Source of the DNA: Nitrosopumilus sp.
GTDB lineage: Archaea > Thermoproteota > Nitrososphaeria > Nitrososphaerales > Nitrosopumilaceae
DNA length: 64,000 nt
NCBI GenBank assembly: GCA_965224195.1
Contig: OZ245040.1
Location: 1,344,001 to 1,408,000 of the forward strand
Direction of reading: 5' to 3'
Below, piece by piece: positions 40,506 through 50,363 of this stretch; within the stretch, counting starts at the first letter, position 1, and each line of letters starts with the position of its first letter. The translations under genes and the position numbers were made by a program. Under the pieces are notes generated by a model. It was not told the origin of the DNA and did not search any database. It was given only the letters and a program-made list of their open reading frames with translations.

Positions 40506-40922
40506 ATGGATTCAATGCTTCGCAGTAAATCACGTTCAAGTGGAAGTTCCAGAAACAAATCTACTTTTAGAAGTAAATCTGGATTACGAAGTGGAAAGAT
40601 CGCTCAAATTACTGGTTCGTCTTTTCCAGAAACTAGAATAAATAGCACAGAATGGATGCAATCTCTCGAATCATACAATCCTACTTTGAAAAGTATCCTG
40701 AAAGTTGAAGACATATTCCAGAAACAAGGGGAATTTGATTCTAGAAGTCAATTAATAAGAGAATTGGGTGGAAGTATGAAAATTCAGGTATTAGATGTAA
40801 TTCTAAAATATCTAAAATCATTGGGAAAGGTTCTTGACAATAATGATGGGTCCTGGACATGGATATTTGTTAAACATAATGAGACATTGAAGAAAAGCTG
40901 GGAAAAAGCAGATCAATTATAG
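40506..40922 (+). CDS. Winged-helix-like protein, putative antitoxin/regulator
   Basis: PTLKSILKVE..SRSQLIREL..LDVILKYL..GKV..WTWI; S/R-rich N-terminus. Confidence 0.55.
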   Translation: MDSMLRSKSRSSGSSRNKSTFRSKSGLRSGKIAQITGSSFPETRINSTEWMQSLESYNPTLKSILKVEDIFQKQGEFDSRSQLIRELGGSMKIQVLDVILKYLKSLGKVLDNNDGSWTWIFVKHNETLKKSWEKADQL

Positions 40923-41563
40923 AATTTGGTTGTTCTCATAATAGAATAACCAAGAACTATTTATTCAAAAATATAACCAAAGGTTTGGATTAATAATAAA
41001 GTGAACACGACTGATACGTTCCAAACGGGTTCGCAATCCGTCACAGTGTAGTAAAACGCCGTATTCACTTGACTCGCCAAAGTCATTTGATCTAACATGT
41101 TTGATCCTAATTAATTTCAGGCTGATCGCATGTAATTATGCTAAATTTTGATTTTAAGATGAGGCATATGACAATAACCAATTTGGATTTATTAATGGGT
41201 TTGGCCGTTACGAAAAAAATAGTAGCGGCGTCTAATTTTTACACCCATTTTGTTAATAGAATAGATCGATCCGGTATTTGAATACAGACACTAGAAGTAG
41301 CTTGAACGCGGGTTCAAGAATAGGAAAAACTCGACCCCAAATCGAGTAGAAAACTGATCGATTTTACCTATTCTTTTATCTTTGATTAGATAACGAGTAA
41401 TACTAAAAATTGTTACACTAACTAGCATTTCCTTGTTAAGTAGTAACTACCACTTTAGGATGTTATTCTTTTTCAGATTTTATCGATTCTTCAAACATGA
41501 TTCGACTATTCTCCAACATATTCTCAATATGAAATACAAGTAGATAAACGCGTTTCAATTAGT

Positions 41564-41962
41564 TTATTCTTTAGGATGAGAGCAAAGTTCTGCCAATACA
41601 CCATGTAATGATTTTGGATGAATGAAAGTCACTTTAGTTCCAGCAGATCCAGGTCGGACATCACCTAAAAATTGAATTCCGCATCCCTCCATTCGTTCAA
41701 CCTCACCTTCAATGTTATCAGTATCTAATGCCAAATGGTGCAATCCTTGACCTTTTTTATCCAAAAATTTCTTTATCGGACTAGAATCATTCGTTGGTTG
41801 CATTAACTCCACACGGGCATTTTCTAAATGTAAAATAGCAACTTTAACACCTTCAGACTCTACGGTTTCAAATTCAACATTATCAACACCTAGAGCTTGT
41901 TGGTAAATTTTAGCAGACTCTTCAACATCATTTACTGCAATTGCAATATGATCAATTTTCAT
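41564..41962 (-). CDS. mce: Methylmalonyl-CoA epimerase
   Basis: IDHIAIAV, VELMQP, GLHHLAL, FIHPKS..GVLAEL. Confidence 0.92.
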   Translation of the reverse strand: MKIDHIAIAVNDVEESAKIYQQALGVDNVEFETVESEGVKVAILHLENARVELMQPTNDSSPIKKFLDKKGQGLHHLALDTDNIEGEVERMEGCGIQFLGDVRPGSAGTKVTFIHPKSLHGVLAELCSHPKE

Positions 41963-42094
41963 CTAAAAGAATTCCTCAACTTGCGGTATTAATGGATTTA
42001 TTTTATTTTAAAAATATAAAAAAAATCAAAATATAATTTTACGCCCAGATTGCCGTAGTTGTTTTATTAATGGCAAAATAAGATCATTACACCT

Positions 42095-42916
42095 ATGATG
42101 AGTGAATTAAAAATAAAAAAAGATTTTACAGACATTTACACACAAGATTCACCACATAGTTATCTAAAGGAAATGAAAAGATTGGAATATGACATATCAG
42201 ATTCTACAAAACCATTGTACAACTCTATCATAGAGCAACTTGAAAAGACATCATCTAGACCAATTAATGTTTTAGACTTGGGAAGTTCATACGGTATAAA
42301 CTCATCATTAATAAAATATAATTTAACAATGTCAGAATTAAATAATTTCTTTTTAAATGAAACTGAACCAACAAAAAAAGAAACTAAACAGTTCTACAAA
42401 GAATGCACACGCAATGACAACTTGAATTTCTATCAAATAGATATCTCAGAAGAAGCTCTAAAATTTTCTGAAGAGATGGATTTGTGCGAAAGAGGTATGA
42501 ATGTTGATCTTGAAGCTGAAAAATTAAATTTACTAGAATCATTTCCAAAAATAGATGTAGTGATTGCAACTGGTTGTATTGGATATATTGGATACAAAGC
42601 ATTTTCAAACCTACTAAAAGTAATTAAAAACAGACAATCTAATTCAAACAAATCTGAAAAAGAGTATGTATCTCCAATTTTTGCATTCTCTGTTCTCAGA
42701 ATGTTTGACATGGATGACATTGAAGAAGTTTTTGAGATGTATAATCACTCTATCGTAAAAAGTGACATAAAACCAATCCGTCAAAGAAATTTTTCTGATC
42801 CTAAAGAAAAAGAACAAACTATTTCCATATTACATGGTATGGGAATTGACACTAAAAAATATGAAGATGACGGTAATTTCTATGCCGACTTTTACATTGC
42901 AAAATCCAAAAATTAG
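42095..42916 (+). CDS. SAM-dependent methyltransferase-like protein
   Basis: VLDLGSSYGIN, IDIS, TGCIGY. Confidence 0.7.
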   Translation: MMSELKIKKDFTDIYTQDSPHSYLKEMKRLEYDISDSTKPLYNSIIEQLEKTSSRPINVLDLGSSYGINSSLIKYNLTMSELNNFFLNETEPTKKETKQFYKECTRNDNLNFYQIDISEEALKFSEEMDLCERGMNVDLEAEKLNLLESFPKIDVVIATGCIGYIGYKAFSNLLKVIKNRQSNSNKSEKEYVSPIFAFSVLRMFDMDDIEEVFEMYNHSIVKSDIKPIRQRNFSDPKEKEQTISILHGMGIDTKKYEDDGNFYADFYIAKSKN

Positions 42917-42955
42917 ATCAATAAAATTTTAAAAATAAATTCATGAAATGTCTAA

Positions 42956-44557
42956 TTAAAAGACCTCTTTTGGACGATACTCACCAAATACCTCACGGAA
43001 AGTATTACTGATTTCACCAGTGGTAGCAAATGCTTTAGCGGCAGTTACAATGTAAGGCATAAGATTTTCTTCAGTATCAGCAGCACTTTGCATTGCAGAT
43101 AATGCCTTTTCTAATTTTTTAGAATTTCTATCAGCACGTAATTTTTTGAGTGCTTTCTTTTGTTGAATTTCAATTCTACCATCAATTCTCAATAATTCTG
43201 GTTGCTCTTCTTCTTCAGAATACTTGTTTACACCAACAATTACCCTTTCAGAATCATCAGTTTCTTTTTTTAATCTATATGCATTTGCACGAATTTCAGA
43301 CTGGAAAAATCCCTTCTCGATTGCCTTAACAGAACCACCTATTTTTTCAATTTTTTTAAGATATTTCCACACGTCAGCCTCAATTTGATCACATAATTCT
43401 TCCAAATAATACGAGCCAGCAAGAGGATCGGCAGTTTTTGTGATGCCACTTTCATGAGCCACTATCTGTTGAGTTCTAAGTGCAATTTTTGCAGATTCTT
43501 GAGTAGGAAGCGCAAGTGCTTCATCACGTGAATTAGTATGTAATGATTGAGTTCCACCTGCAACTGCAGCCATAGTCTGGATGGCAACACGAACAATGTT
43601 ATTGTTAGGTTGTTGTGCAGTTAATGATTCACCACTAGTTTGTGTATGGAATTTTAATTGTAATGAGCGAGGATTTTTTGCATGAAACTTTTCTTTTAAT
43701 ATTTTGGCATAAACTTTTCTTGCAACTCTAAACTTTGCAACTTCTTCAAAAAATTCTATAGTACAACAAAAGAAAAAAGACAAACGAGGAGCAAAATCAT
43801 CAATTTTTAATCCTTTATCAATACAGGTTTGAATATATGCAATTGCATTTGCTAAAGTGAATGCAACTTCTTGTGTTGCAGTACATCCAGCCTCTCTCAT
43901 GTGATATCCAGAAATAGATACTGGATACCAAGAAGGAACTTTTTCTGCACAATACTCTATCATGTCACCAATTAATCGCATAGACGGTTCTGGAGAATAA
44001 ATGTAGGTATTTCTTGCAATGTATTCTTTTAAAATATCATTTTGAGTTGTTCCACGAAGATCATGACTTTTGAATCCTTGGGCTTCACCAACTGCGATAT
44101 AATATGCTAAAAGTGTGGATGCTGTAGAATTAATGGTCATTGAAGAACTAACTTTACCTAACGGAATACCATCAAAGGCAGTCATCATGTCCTTAATTGA
44201 TGTAATTGATACGCCAACCTTTCCGACTTCACCTTCAGCTTGTGGGGAATCCGAATCATATCCAATTTGAGTAGGCAAGTCAAATGCCATACTAAGACCA
44301 GTTTGACCTTTTTCAAGCATGAATTTGAATCGCTCATTAGTTAATTTTGCATCTCCAAATCCAGAATATTGTCTCATAGTCCAAAATCGTTCACGAAACA
44401 TTCCAGGATGAATGCCTCTAGTGAAAGGATATGTTCCTGCATCTTCAACAGGTTTCTTTTTTGAAGATTTTTGATAAATTCGTTTTACAAGATATGTAGA
44501 GTCTGTAAAAATTTTCTTTTCAGATGTTTTTGATTTTGTTGATTTTTTTGCAGCCAT
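42956..44557 (-). CDS. Methylmalonyl-CoA mutase, substrate-binding (large) subunit
   Basis: YPFTRG, WTMRQYSGFG, AFDLPTQ, QNDILKEY, SISGYH, QSLHTN. Confidence 0.93.
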   Translation of the reverse strand: MAAKKSTKSKTSEKKIFTDSTYLVKRIYQKSSKKKPVEDAGTYPFTRGIHPGMFRERFWTMRQYSGFGDAKLTNERFKFMLEKGQTGLSMAFDLPTQIGYDSDSPQAEGEVGKVGVSITSIKDMMTAFDGIPLGKVSSSMTINSTASTLLAYYIAVGEAQGFKSHDLRGTTQNDILKEYIARNTYIYSPEPSMRLIGDMIEYCAEKVPSWYPVSISGYHMREAGCTATQEVAFTLANAIAYIQTCIDKGLKIDDFAPRLSFFFCCTIEFFEEVAKFRVARKVYAKILKEKFHAKNPRSLQLKFHTQTSGESLTAQQPNNNIVRVAIQTMAAVAGGTQSLHTNSRDEALALPTQESAKIALRTQQIVAHESGITKTADPLAGSYYLEELCDQIEADVWKYLKKIEKIGGSVKAIEKGFFQSEIRANAYRLKKETDDSERVIVGVNKYSEEEEQPELLRIDGRIEIQQKKALKKLRADRNSKKLEKALSAMQSAADTEENLMPYIVTAAKAFATTGEISNTFREVFGEYRPKEVF

Positions 44558-44561
44558 AATA

Positions 44562-45494
44562 TCACTTTATCAAAGATTTTGTAATTTTATCCCCAGCTAA
44601 GAAAGGATCAATGTCTTTTGATTGTAATTTTTTAAGATATTTGGAAAATGTTTTATCAGAAACTAACAACTCATCAATCTTTTCTTGAATGTTATTTAAA
44701 ACAATATCTTTTAGTTCTGTCTCTAGTCGTTCTTTATCCTTAACTTCTTTGAATTGTTTTTTAGATTTCATCATATCTTTCAAAGTTTTAGCAAATACAG
44801 TAATTCCTGAATTCTTTTTTACAGACGTTTTTAGAATAACGGGGCGTCTAACAGAATCTCCAATAAAATCACGTACAGCATCAAATAGTTGAGTTGTTCC
44901 ACTAAGGTCACTTTTGTTAACTAGATAGATATCTCCAATTTCAGTCAAGCCAGCTTTGATTGTTTGAATACTATCACCAGTATTTGGATTAAACACGACA
45001 ACTGTGATATCAGCAATGTTTGAAATCTCAACTTCAGTTTGCCCAGCTCCTACACTCTCAATTATTATCGGATTAAATCCAGCATATTCTAAAACTCGAA
45101 TGCTGTTTCGTAATGAACGAGATACAGCTCCGGTTGCGCCTCTTGATGCAATGCTGCGAATGTATGTACCAGAATCAGTTGATTCACTCATTCTAACTCT
45201 ATCACCAAGTATGGCCCCACCAGTAAGATGGCTTGTAGGGTCAACTGCCAGTACAGCAGGTTTTACGCCTAATTTTTTTAGAGATATTGCAGTTTTGTTA
45301 ATCAGTGAACTTTTTCCAGCACCAGCAGGACCAGTAATTCCAATTATTGTAGAATTTCCACTAGATTTGAAAATTTTCTTTAATAGTTTTTTTGCTTCGG
45401 TTTGATCATTTTCTACAATAGAAATGGCTTTAGCAATTGCTCCACGTTTTCCTTTTTTAAGATCAGCAAGCAAATCCAAGATACAGTAATTCAA
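44562..45494 (-). CDS. meaB: Mutase-associated GTPase MeaB
   Basis: GPAGAGKS, AVDPTS..GGAILGDRVRM, ESVGAGQ, NKSD. Confidence 0.92.
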   Translation of the reverse strand: MNYCILDLLADLKKGKRGAIAKAISIVENDQTEAKKLLKKIFKSSGNSTIIGITGPAGAGKSSLINKTAISLKKLGVKPAVLAVDPTSHLTGGAILGDRVRMSESTDSGTYIRSIASRGATGAVSRSLRNSIRVLEYAGFNPIIIESVGAGQTEVEISNIADITVVVFNPNTGDSIQTIKAGLTEIGDIYLVNKSDLSGTTQLFDAVRDFIGDSVRRPVILKTSVKKNSGITVFAKTLKDMMKSKKQFKEVKDKERLETELKDIVLNNIQEKIDELLVSDKTFSKYLKKLQSKDIDPFLAGDKITKSLIK

Positions 45495-45524
45495 TCAGAA
45501 GTGCAATAAAATCTTGTGTTAGAT

Positions 45525-45932
45525 CTACGGAGTAGAATAGATTACTGGAGGAATGGATTCACCTAAAGGATGAATTTCAGTTTTTAATTGAATGTGACCA
45601 AAGTCTTCATGATCAATTTCTAAAACTACAGGATGAATTTCCCAACCATATTTTGGCTCATTAGGAAAGGGTATGATTTCAATAAATTCTGTAGCAGAAA
45701 ATGTTTTTTGAAATGTTTCACCCATACCAAGAATTTCCATTACAACAACAGTTGTTTTTTGGGATTTATCAAAAAATGAAACCTCAACGTGACCAGTATC
45801 ATAGTAAACAGCATCCACTTGAAATGTTTGTCGTAAGTCATCTTTATCATCGGATGCACCACCAGTTAAAAACACAATTGCCAATACGGTAAAAACTCCA
45901 AGAAAAATAGGAGGACCTAGTTTTTTAGCCAT
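45525..45932 (-). CDS. Membrane-anchored hypothetical protein
   Basis: N-terminal TM helix; overlaps the peptidase stop. Confidence 0.7.
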   Translation of the reverse strand: MAKKLGPPIFLGVFTVLAIVFLTGGASDDKDDLRQTFQVDAVYYDTGHVEVSFFDKSQKTTVVVMEILGMGETFQKTFSATEFIEIIPFPNEPKYGWEIHPVVLEIDHEDFGHIQLKTEIHPLGESIPPVIYSTP

Positions 45933-48426
45933 CTTTGAACTCTTTTCTCATACGTCTAAGAAATTTTGAGTTTATTCTAATTCGTTCCAGAGTTTGTGAT
46001 TGCGTACGTTCAGTTCCAGGAGTAGGGTTCTTTTTGAAAAATAATTTAATTTCTTTTTCCATCGAATCATCTGCAACAGATGTGATGCTTGCCACAATTC
46101 TGTTAAAAAGAGGATTCCCATGTCCAACTTTTTTGTTTATATTTTTCCAATTTTTCTTCAACCATGACCACAAAACTTTATCACCGTATGGATTTGCAGC
46201 AACTCTCATAATTGGTAATTGCATATTTTGAGAACGAACTTGAGAAGTCTGTGAGAAATCAAGAGTTTTTAAAAGCAGTTTTTTATCCTTAAACCCACAT
46301 AAAGCACCTAAGAATCGAAGTTTTTCCTCCATGGTTTTAGCATTCTTGTATAGCTTTGTTAATTCTGCATGAGTTTTTGAATTTCCATTCCATGCAGCAA
46401 TAGAGAGGATGGGTTCTACCAAATCAGGAGAAATTGAACTGGGAGATTTTAAGAATTTCTGATATCGTTTTAATGCCTCATCAGTAACTTCATCATCATT
46501 CATTTTACCTAAAACAGAAATTGTAAATCCACGCAACAGTGCATCAGTGTGTTTATCAGATTTTTGTGGCTCCCATCCCAAATTAAATAAAATTTTTCTA
46601 AAGTAATTTACAGCATACCCACGAATTTCTTCTGCAAATGGTTCATCAAATGCACGGAAATACAATGATGCCAAGTTATGTGCAACATTAACAGAAGCAA
46701 GATAACTATCCTCATCAAAGTAAGCATCTGAAAAGTCCAGATAATTTCTAACTTGTTCATCACCTGAAACACATAATGAAAATAAATCATTTTGAATAGC
46801 CCACCTATCAATTGCAGGTATGCGTTTTTCATCTACCAACATTTTCAAATCAAGTAAAATACCTTCATCATATTTTACTCGATAGAATCCTTTACGTCCA
46901 TAATTTGCAACAAATCCCAAAGTATTCTTTGGTAGTTTAACAGATATCGATTTTGTAGTGAATAACTTTTGAGAAATCTCTGATTCCAACCCTATAGACA
47001 TAGGTATAGACCATAATCCCTTACTAAATTTGTTATCAGGTTCAAGAAGGTATCTTTTCTGTTTTAATTTCAAATTATTTCCATCTTGATTAATTTCAAC
47101 TAGAGGGAATCCAGGCTGTTTTAGCCATGTATTTACCATTGAGGATACAGGCATTTGAGATGCCTTACCTATTGCATCCCACAAATCTTGGCCCCTTGCA
47201 TTCTGATATTTGAAATCAGACAAATATTTTTTCAAACCTTTTTGGAAATTTGGTTCACCAACATAATGTTCAAGCATTCGAAGAACACATCCACCTTTAT
47301 CATATGAAATAGCATCAAAGATTTCACGGATTTCTGCAGGAAAATTTACTTTCACATCGATAGGGTGAGTAGTTTTAAGAGAATCAAGCCCCATTGCAAC
47401 ATTCATTGCATCTTCAACAAACTGATTCCACAAATCCCATTCAGGATAGAACTTGTCAACAAATTTAGTAGCCATAAAAGTTGCAAAACTCTCATTCAGC
47501 CACAAATCATTCCACCATTTCATAGTAACAAGATTTCCAAACCACTGATGTGCAATTTCGTGTGAAATTACTTCGGCGATGAATTGTTTGGTTCTAGTGG
47601 AGGATGTTTTAGGATCATATAGTAAAATAGTCTCTCTGAAGGTAATTGCACCCCAGTTCTCCATAGCTCCTGCTGCAAAGTCAGGAACTGCAATCAAGTC
47701 TAGTTTTGGTAATGGGTATTTGATTCCAAAATATTTTTCATAAGATGTAAGAAGTTTTTTTCCTAAATCTAAAGAGAATTTTCCTTTTGATTTGTTACCC
47801 TTTGTTGTAATTACTCTAATCTGTATTTTACCAACTTTACCTGTAAGATATTCAAATTCTCCAACTCCAAGATAAATCAAGTATGTGGAAACTATAGGAG
47901 TTTTTGAAAAATTATACAAAGTTTTACTGCCAATTTTTTTCTTTGATTTAATTGGCATGTTTGAAATTGCAGTAAATTTGTTATCGGCAATTATAGAAAT
48001 TTCAAATGTTGCTTTTGCTTCAGGCTCATCCCAGCAGGGGAAAGCACGTCTGGCATCTGCTGCCTCAAATTGTGTAGTAGCAAGATATTTTGTTTTCCCA
48101 TTTTGAACATATTGACTTCTATAAAATCCCAATAACCTATCATTTAAAATTCCTTGAAATTCTAAATCAATAGTGATTTTTCCTTTAACTTTTTCAGATA
48201 ATTTAATATCCAATTCTTCATTTTTGTCATTGGTTTTTGGAGATGATTTGATAATTTTCCCTTTTGATTTTACTTGACAAGAGACAATCTTTAATTCAGC
48301 ACAATGCATTGTGATTAGGTTGGTAGATTTTTTACAATCTACAATAATAGATTCCATTCCGTTGAATGCAAATTTTTTTAGATCAGGTTCAAAAGTTAAT
48401 TTATAATTGATTGGATTTACATCCAT
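45925..48426 (-). CDS. M1-family aminopeptidase
   Basis: GAMENWG, HEIAH...LNES, YDKG. Confidence 0.95.
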   Translation of the reverse strand: MDVNPINYKLTFEPDLKKFAFNGMESIIVDCKKSTNLITMHCAELKIVSCQVKSKGKIIKSSPKTNDKNEELDIKLSEKVKGKITIDLEFQGILNDRLLGFYRSQYVQNGKTKYLATTQFEAADARRAFPCWDEPEAKATFEISIIADNKFTAISNMPIKSKKKIGSKTLYNFSKTPIVSTYLIYLGVGEFEYLTGKVGKIQIRVITTKGNKSKGKFSLDLGKKLLTSYEKYFGIKYPLPKLDLIAVPDFAAGAMENWGAITFRETILLYDPKTSSTRTKQFIAEVISHEIAHQWFGNLVTMKWWNDLWLNESFATFMATKFVDKFYPEWDLWNQFVEDAMNVAMGLDSLKTTHPIDVKVNFPAEIREIFDAISYDKGGCVLRMLEHYVGEPNFQKGLKKYLSDFKYQNARGQDLWDAIGKASQMPVSSMVNTWLKQPGFPLVEINQDGNNLKLKQKRYLLEPDNKFSKGLWSIPMSIGLESEISQKLFTTKSISVKLPKNTLGFVANYGRKGFYRVKYDEGILLDLKMLVDEKRIPAIDRWAIQNDLFSLCVSGDEQVRNYLDFSDAYFDEDSYLASVNVAHNLASLYFRAFDEPFAEEIRGYAVNYFRKILFNLGWEPQKSDKHTDALLRGFTISVLGKMNDDEVTDEALKRYQKFLKSPSSISPDLVEPILSIAAWNGNSKTHAELTKLYKNAKTMEEKLRFLGALCGFKDKKLLLKTLDFSQTSQVRSQNMQLPIMRVAANPYGDKVLWSWLKKNWKNINKKVGHGNPLFNRIVASITSVADDSMEKEIKLFFKKNPTPGTERTQSQTLERIRINSKFLRRMRKEFKDG

Positions 48427-48527
48427 AATTCTTGTACTTTGGTTACACTTTAAGTAGATTTTCTATTTTAAGCAGGTGAAACTACGATAGAATTACTAAG
48501 ACATGCGTGTGACGCCAAAAGAAATTA

Positions 48528-49427
48528 TTATTTTATTGCTTGATCTTGTTTTAATCCCTTGTAACGATTTCTTATTGTTACTTCAGTTACACCTGCAGCT
48601 TCTGCAAGATCTCGTTGAGTAATTGAAACACCGTTCTTTACACATGAAAGATAAAGTGCAGTTGCAGCCAATCCCATTGGATCTTTTCCTGCAGATTCTT
48701 TACGCTCTTGTGCCTCTTTTAATACCTTGACTGCATAACGTTTAGTTTTTTCAGATATCTCAAGTTTACTAGAAATTCTAGCAATGCATTGAATAGAATC
48801 CACAACAGGCATTTTTAGTTCTAATTCATGGTGCAGTAATCTATAACATCGTGCAATATCTTTTCGTTTAACATTTGCGGCATCTGCAACATCTTTTAGT
48901 GTTCTAGGGGTTTCAGTATCTCTACATGCAGCGTATAATGATGCAGCAATCATTGCAGAAATAGATCTTCCACGAACTAATTTTTTCTCCAATGCTTTTC
49001 TGTAAATGTATGCGGCCTTCTCCAAAACATTTGCAGGGATTGAAACTTTGTCTTTTAATTTATTTAAATCACTAAGGGCTTGTCTCAAATTTCTATCAAC
49101 AGGTGCATGAACTTGACTTCTACTGTCCCAAGTTCGTAATCTCTCAATTGTACTCTTCATAGATGTTGAAAGGGGTTTACCAGATGCATCTTTGTTTAGT
49201 GGATTAATTACAGTAGACAATCCCATGTCATGAATCATTAGAGATGAAGGAGCGCCGGTTCTTGCAGGATCTGCACCACCATCTTTTTGAAATGATCTCC
49301 ATTCAGGACCGGATTCTTGAGATTTACCATCAATTACATATCCACACTTGCCACAAAATTGTTCGCCTGTAACTTCGTCAGATAAAATAGAATTTTTTCC
49401 ACAACGTGCACAAGATGGAGTATCCAT
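48528..49427 (-). CDS. tfb: Transcription initiation factor B
   Basis: Zn ribbon CARC/CGKC, GPEWRSF, two cyclin repeats, VTEVTIRNRY. Confidence 0.95.
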   Translation of the reverse strand: MDTPSCARCGKNSILSDEVTGEQFCGKCGYVIDGKSQESGPEWRSFQKDGGADPARTGAPSSLMIHDMGLSTVINPLNKDASGKPLSTSMKSTIERLRTWDSRSQVHAPVDRNLRQALSDLNKLKDKVSIPANVLEKAAYIYRKALEKKLVRGRSISAMIAASLYAACRDTETPRTLKDVADAANVKRKDIARCYRLLHHELELKMPVVDSIQCIARISSKLEISEKTKRYAVKVLKEAQERKESAGKDPMGLAATALYLSCVKNGVSITQRDLAEAAGVTEVTIRNRYKGLKQDQAIK

Positions 49428-49567
49428 TTAGAAACCTGCCCTAGTTTTTTGGAAATTCATAATTGAAACAATAGATGTAGCAATGTAATTAAACATGATT
49501 TAAAAGCAATTCTCATCTATAAGAAGGGTGAGTATATTCACAAAAGGAGCAAAAATTATTTTTCAAA

Positions 49568-49831
49568 TTAGGTCATAACAGTAACTACAGGTTCAGACAT
49601 GCCACCATAGCCAGAGTCAATAGTTTGTCTAGGGTTTAGAGATGTATCATGATGACATGCCTTGTTGCATACAGGACAAAATTTTCGATCAAGCACAATG
49701 CATTGACAAATGTGATTTTTCACATATGCTTGGGCTGCTTGATTCCACTCTCCAGTCCCATTACAATATACACAAATATTTGCTGAAGATGAGCCTACAC
49801 CCTTACAAAAATCACAAACATCATCAGTCAT
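49568..49831 (-). CDS. Small Cys-rich Zn-finger protein
   Basis: CDFCKGVG, CVYCNGTG, CPVC..CHH. Confidence 0.65.
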   Translation of the reverse strand: MTDDVCDFCKGVGSSSANICVYCNGTGEWNQAAQAYVKNHICQCIVLDRKFCPVCNKACHHDTSLNPRQTIDSGYGGMSEPVVTVMT

Positions 49832-49931
49832 ATCTTAACGTCACTGCTGGGATTTGAATCAATATATTTGAAGAGGTAAGCAGTTGTAAATCAAATAAAC
49901 CTTTTAAAATATCCCAAATTTAACTATAATT

Positions 49932-50354
49932 ATGAAGCAAAAGGCAGCATCACGAAGTATCAAAATTTTGGTAGCTAAATTAGGATTAGATGGTCATGAT
50001 AGAGGTGCTCTCGTATTATGTAGAGCATTCAGAGATGCAGGAATGGAAGTAATCTATTCAGGGCTTTTTGCCACCCCAGACAGAATTGCACAAATTGCAG
50101 AAGATGAAGATGTGGACGCAGTAGCAATGAGTTTGTTAAATGGTGCACATGGAACACTTTTCCCAAGAGTAGTCAAGAATCTAAAAAAGAAAGGTATCAA
50201 AGATGTGCTAATAGTTGGAGGAGGAGTAATTCCAGATATTGATCATAAAGATTTAGTAAAATCAGGAATAGACCATGTGTTTGGTCCAGGTACACCATTG
50301 CCAACAATCATTAATCATATTACAACTGGCGTATCTAAATTAAGAAAAATATAA
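49932..50354 (+). CDS. Methylmalonyl-CoA mutase cobalamin-binding (small) subunit
   Basis: KLGLDGHDRG, GGGVIP, FGPGT. Confidence 0.92.
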   Translation: MKQKAASRSIKILVAKLGLDGHDRGALVLCRAFRDAGMEVIYSGLFATPDRIAQIAEDEDVDAVAMSLLNGAHGTLFPRVVKNLKKKGIKDVLIVGGGVIPDIDHKDLVKSGIDHVFGPGTPLPTIINHITTGVSKLRKI

Positions 50355-50363
50355 GAAAAAAGA

